DNA of 64,000 nt from Moniliella sp. 'wahieum' (Eukaryota), in NCBI GenBank assembly GCA_003971905.1, contig RSEE01000064.1, forward strand, positions 248,001 through 312,000, written 5' to 3'. The position numbers and the translations under genes were made by a program. The notes under the pieces are model-generated. The model ran no database searches and was not told the DNA's origin. It saw only the letters and a program-made list of their open reading frames with translations. Below, one piece after another: positions 60,168 through 64,000 of this stretch; the first letter of the stretch is position 1; every line of letters starts with the position of its first letter.

Positions 60168-61167
60168 AGTGAAGTGATTCAACCACGCGCGGGTAAAACG
60201 GCGGGAGTAACCACGGCGGCTCTCTTACGGTAGCCAACTGCGTCGTCATTTCATTCTGACGCACATGAATGGATTCACGAGACTACCACTGTCCATCTCT
60301 GTGGTGGGCGCGTCGCGGTAAGTGGCATAATCGTCACTTCTGATTCCGGCTTGGCGCCCTTGAGGCCAACCCTCCCGAACCACATGCGACAGATTCACAA
60401 AGAAAAAAGAACGGCAACGAAAAGTGAATTCGCAATTTGATCCGCCCCTCCTTTCCCCTGCTGCGTCTCTGCTTCAGAACCTCACTGTAAGTACACCCTC
60501 GGGGGCCACCCGGGCTGGGCCAGGGATGCCCCTCCCACATCAGTACTCAGTGAGTACCCAGTCGAGAGACCAACAATCACATCTAGATGTGACGCTGGAA
60601 CCGTGATGTACAGATATAGGCGCCTGACATCATCCGGATTTTTGCTTATAAGTCTAGGGTCGTGATGCGTAATGCGTAAGTAATGCCCCAGGTAGGCCAG
60701 AATATATGAAGCTGAAGAGAATCGGGCCGCAGGCGCTACGGATCCCAAACCACGGTCGACCGCCAGGTAAAGTTACCGAAGGCATGCCTATGCCTTGCTG
60801 GTCGGGGTAGGCGTCAAGGGGAAGGGGTTGGGGGTGGGGGGAGATTGTCACGGTTTGCAAACCGTTACTCGTTTCCGGTGGAAAAAGATGTGACAGCTAG
60901 AGCTAGAAAAGACCAAGTCAAAGAATTGAGGTATCTCGTCAGGAATGCGCAATCGCGGTTGGAACCCATGGGTCGTGGAAGGACATCCAAATATGAAGGC
61001 AATCGTTATGTCGTGTGTCGTTGCGTCGTCACGCCGTCACGCCTTCACGTCGTCAAAGTGTCAAGGCGCCAAGGCAGGAATCGAGAGAACAGGTGAATCA
61101 CCACAGTACCTGTACGCGGCGAGATCACGGTTGCTCGAGCATCCCTGTCGTAACAGAAGAAAGGAGG

Positions 61168-62500
61168 TCACGGCCTGGAGCGTTTCCCAGCCCAGCTGGA
61201 CTGCGGATAACCTGCAGGGAACGAGAGCGAGATAGGGCTGGACCAGCCCAGACACTGACCAACTGACCAAAGCACATGAACAGACTCAATGGGAAGGAAG
61301 ATTGGTGCTTGTCCCTGCGTGGGGGTGCCGGTGAGCGGCAACCGGCCCCGTTCCATCGGTGGGTTGATTGGATCGAGCGAAGGCGAGGCCTGGTTTCCAC
61401 TTCCGCGGCGGGAAATCTGTTTCGTCAGGGGTTGGGTGCCAGACAGAGTAAAGTGACTGGCCCCTGGTAAGTGGTAAGAGGAACGGTGGAAACGATGTGT
61501 GGCGGCAGATGCAGATCTAGGGGCACGAAATGAATAAGGGGCAGGGTATGTTGTTGGTGATCGGGTTGGTGTTGGTGGACGCCCACGCCCCCGAAGCAAG
61601 TGAACGAATCGTACAGCGAGATAGAGGAGCCACGAACGCCGGAGCGCTTGGGAGAGGGTGTGACGCAGCTGGGGAGAGAGAGTAAGGAGGGAATGCCTAG
61701 AACAATGGGCTACCAACTCAAGAGGGAGCAGGACCAGTAGGACCCATCCTTGGAACCGGGCGAGCTGGTGAGTGCCCCACCTGGGTCCTGAGCAGGAATC
61801 CAATCGAATCATATCTGCACCACGCACCGCGCACCATGCACCACGCACCATGTACCATGCATCAATCAGACGCCCGTCCGAACCAACCACTGCAAGGAAG
61901 AAAGACACCAAGACGTACCGAGCGGACGAGAGCCAGTAGGCTGCTAACGCGAAAAAGGGAGCGCGTATCGGAGAAACTCAGCCCAGGAACAGAGACGACG
62001 CGCATGGTGGTGGCAGGCGGGGTAAGGTGAAACAGACAAAAGCAGAGCCAAGATCCGAGAGCTCATGCTGACCCAAACTAAGCAGCACATCTCTCCCCTG
62101 CCACGAGGCGAGCCAGCCAATTGTGGTGTCGGTCTCCCTCGCTCGCATGGAGGTTATGGGGGCCAAGCTGAATCGCCCCCCCAAGCGCCGAGGAGGTCGG
62201 AAGGGTGGGACGATGGCTAGTTGGGACGCGGGAGGGCAGCAGCTGGTGCCGGGGGGGCGGATAGGTTTGCCGACAGTGCGCTTGGTGCTGATGACGCTAT
62301 GGAGGAGACGGGGAGGGCAGGGGGGCGGCTGTGACGTGGGACGCCGGCGCCTGCCGGCCGGCTGTGCTGACTGTGTCGAGGGCGAGGGAGGGCGGGCGCG
62401 GGAGGGGGAGCGGGCGGAGGAGCCGGAAGAGGGCACGGGGAGTGTTGGCGAAGGTGGTACTGCGGAGGAAGGCGAGGGCGTGTGCTGGCTGGCGGAGCAT
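61168..62500 (-). CDS. Possible multi-exon hypothetical protein or decayed gene
   Basis: Overlapping Pro/Ser/Arg-rich minus ORFs and a GTACGT..ctgat..GCAG intron-like segment at about 61918-61815. No domain recognised. Confidence 0.25.
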
Positions 62501-63329
62501 GGTGGCCAGGACGGGATGTGGCTGGGGTGTTGCGCTCAGCTGAGCGGAGGTCGGCTGATGGCAGCAACGAGCACAGGAGTAACTGCGATGCGACTGTACA
62601 CTGCGCCCCGCAATCATTAATTACTCCAGCCCGGCAGTGGAGGTGGGGGGTCGCGATCAACTGCAATTCAAAATGGGGTGGGTGTGGGGCAGCCAAAAGT
62701 AACTATAGTAAACTAGTAACGGCGCAGCCGCTACACTATGCTTTCCGATTAACACGAATAGCGGCAATCCATCATCATCATAGGCTCCTGCCACCCGTGT
62801 TGGGTACGCGATGGGAATGCTGTGATGTGATCGCGGGTGGGTACACTATAGTAACGAGCTGACGGACAGTACACCCACTAAACGCCCGATGAGCGAGAGC
62901 CCGGTAAGCCAACTGTGTGCCGCATATTCCCTGCTTTGATTCTCTCCTAAAAATGTTATAGGAGTTTTATGGTTCAGCTACTAAATGGGCCGATTGACGT
63001 TTAGCAGTAGGCGCCAGGTTGGTGAATTGGAACAGACGGAAACGGGAGAACGAAACTACAAGGAAACAGCCGAAGGAGAGCAGATCCCTACGACCGCATC
63101 AGGGAAGAGAGCGAAGCCATTAGTAGGAAGGCGGAAAGCGAGGCCATAGAAGGCAGAAGGCGAGGCCATAAGGCAAAAAGAAGAAAGGCAATAATACGGC
63201 AGGGGACAGCGAGGCCGTGAGAAGAGAGGGAAGCGAGGTCATGCGTCAGAGAGCATAACGGCGAAGCTCAATGACAACAAAGCACAGTGTTGAGAGAAGA
63301 AGAAGAAAAGAAGAGCAAAAGGCAGTTGG

Positions 63330-63450
63330 AAGGCCACCGTCTTTGCCTTTGAAGTGGGGGAAGGTGGGGAAGAAAACTAACCCAAGGAGGCCAGGCCGGG
63401 ACACAACTGAGTGTATCCGGGGGAAAGAGGGTGGACGATGGATAGGATAC
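63330..63450 (-). repeat. Possible further fragment of the dispersed repeat family (copy D)
   Basis: Reverse complement has CCCGGCCTG...TGGGTT...TTCCCCACCTTC (cf. 15238-15285) and CGTCCACCCTCT (cf. 5026-5037). Short matches only. Confidence 0.4.
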
Positions 63451-63512
63451 ACTCGTAACATTCCTTGCAGAACGCTGGATCAGAACGTTGATCGTTTGAT
63501 CCGAACGAACGT

Positions 63513-64000
63513 TCAGGCCGAATCATGCTCAGTATCCATATCGTTCCGGCGCCACGCCCCCTGATTCGCCTGATTCGCCGATTCGCCTGGTTGGCCTGGT
63601 TGGCTTGAGTGCTTGACTGGCCTGTTAGCCTGACTGGCAGAAAGGTAAGGGACAGAGACGATGGCGCCTTGGCTAAAAGTGCCCTGTGTGCTCGGAGGAG
63701 CCATGGCGGGGGAGTAATAGTTGTGCCACTGCTGTGCCTGCGCAGGAGGCTGAACAGAAGAAGATGCTTGAGGCGAAGAGGAAGGCGAGGGGCGCCAAGT
63801 GCCAGTGCCAGATACGGCGTACGAATCGTACTTCGTCGCACTACCATCCCAGCCCTCGACAGGTATTTTCCCCCCGAAGAAGAGGAAGAGACTGGAAGGA
63901 GCAGAAACGAGACCGGTAACCAATCGGGTGGATTTGTTCCCAGCTCCAATGTGGTGTCCGTGTCCAGTGACGTCCGCCGAGAGAGAGTACACGGGCGCAC
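63513..64000 (-). CDS. 3' end of an unidentified ORF entering from the right edge
   Basis: Two overlapping minus frames are open from the window end (to 63513 and 63377). No recognisable domain. Confidence 0.3.
   Translation of the reverse strand, partial: APVYSLSADVTGHGHHIGAGNKSTRLVTGLVSAPSSLFLFFGGKIPVEGWDGSATKYDSYAVSGTGTWRPSPSSSPQASSSVQPPAQAQQWHNYYSPAMAPPSTQGTFSQGAIVSVPYLSASQANRPVKHSSQPGQPGESANQANQGAWRRNDMDTEHDSA

Overview
This is eukaryotic nuclear DNA from a GC-rich, microsatellite-rich basidiomycete; gene content and GT-AG intron style suggest a smut-fungus relative (Ustilaginomycotina-like, inferred). The assembly appears to carry many 1-2 bp indel errors, because almost every gene is split across frames, so gene boundaries are approximate reconstructions. 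Recognisable genes, in order: a three-RRM RNA-binding protein (runs off the left edge), EF-1beta, mitochondrial TyrRS, sterol glucosyltransferase ATG26, a BRCT protein, a NUDT19-like Nudix hydrolase with PTS1, long-chain acyl-CoA synthetase, an MFS sugar porter, a ZDHHC16-like palmitoyltransferase, an INO80F-like coiled-coil protein, an MP88-like GPI mannoprotein, a TMEM223-like mitochondrial protein, RPS25, a single-pass membrane protein, tRNA-Ala(AGC) and an ABCC transporter. A lower-GC, ORF-poor island occupies about 8.7-16.3 kb, and a degenerate dispersed repeat family has 3-4 copies. The most unusual signal is a sequence grammar in intergenic DNA: T(C/G)A-[4-bp palindrome]-T(C/G)A units with 10 different palindromic spacers. 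I found at least 33 units by eye, some chained in a 7-bp register with different spacers. Other leads are a candidate H/ACA snoRNA in the EF-1beta intron, an intron-split ATG and folded intron in RPS25, and an 86-aa insertion inside the DHHC zinc knuckle.
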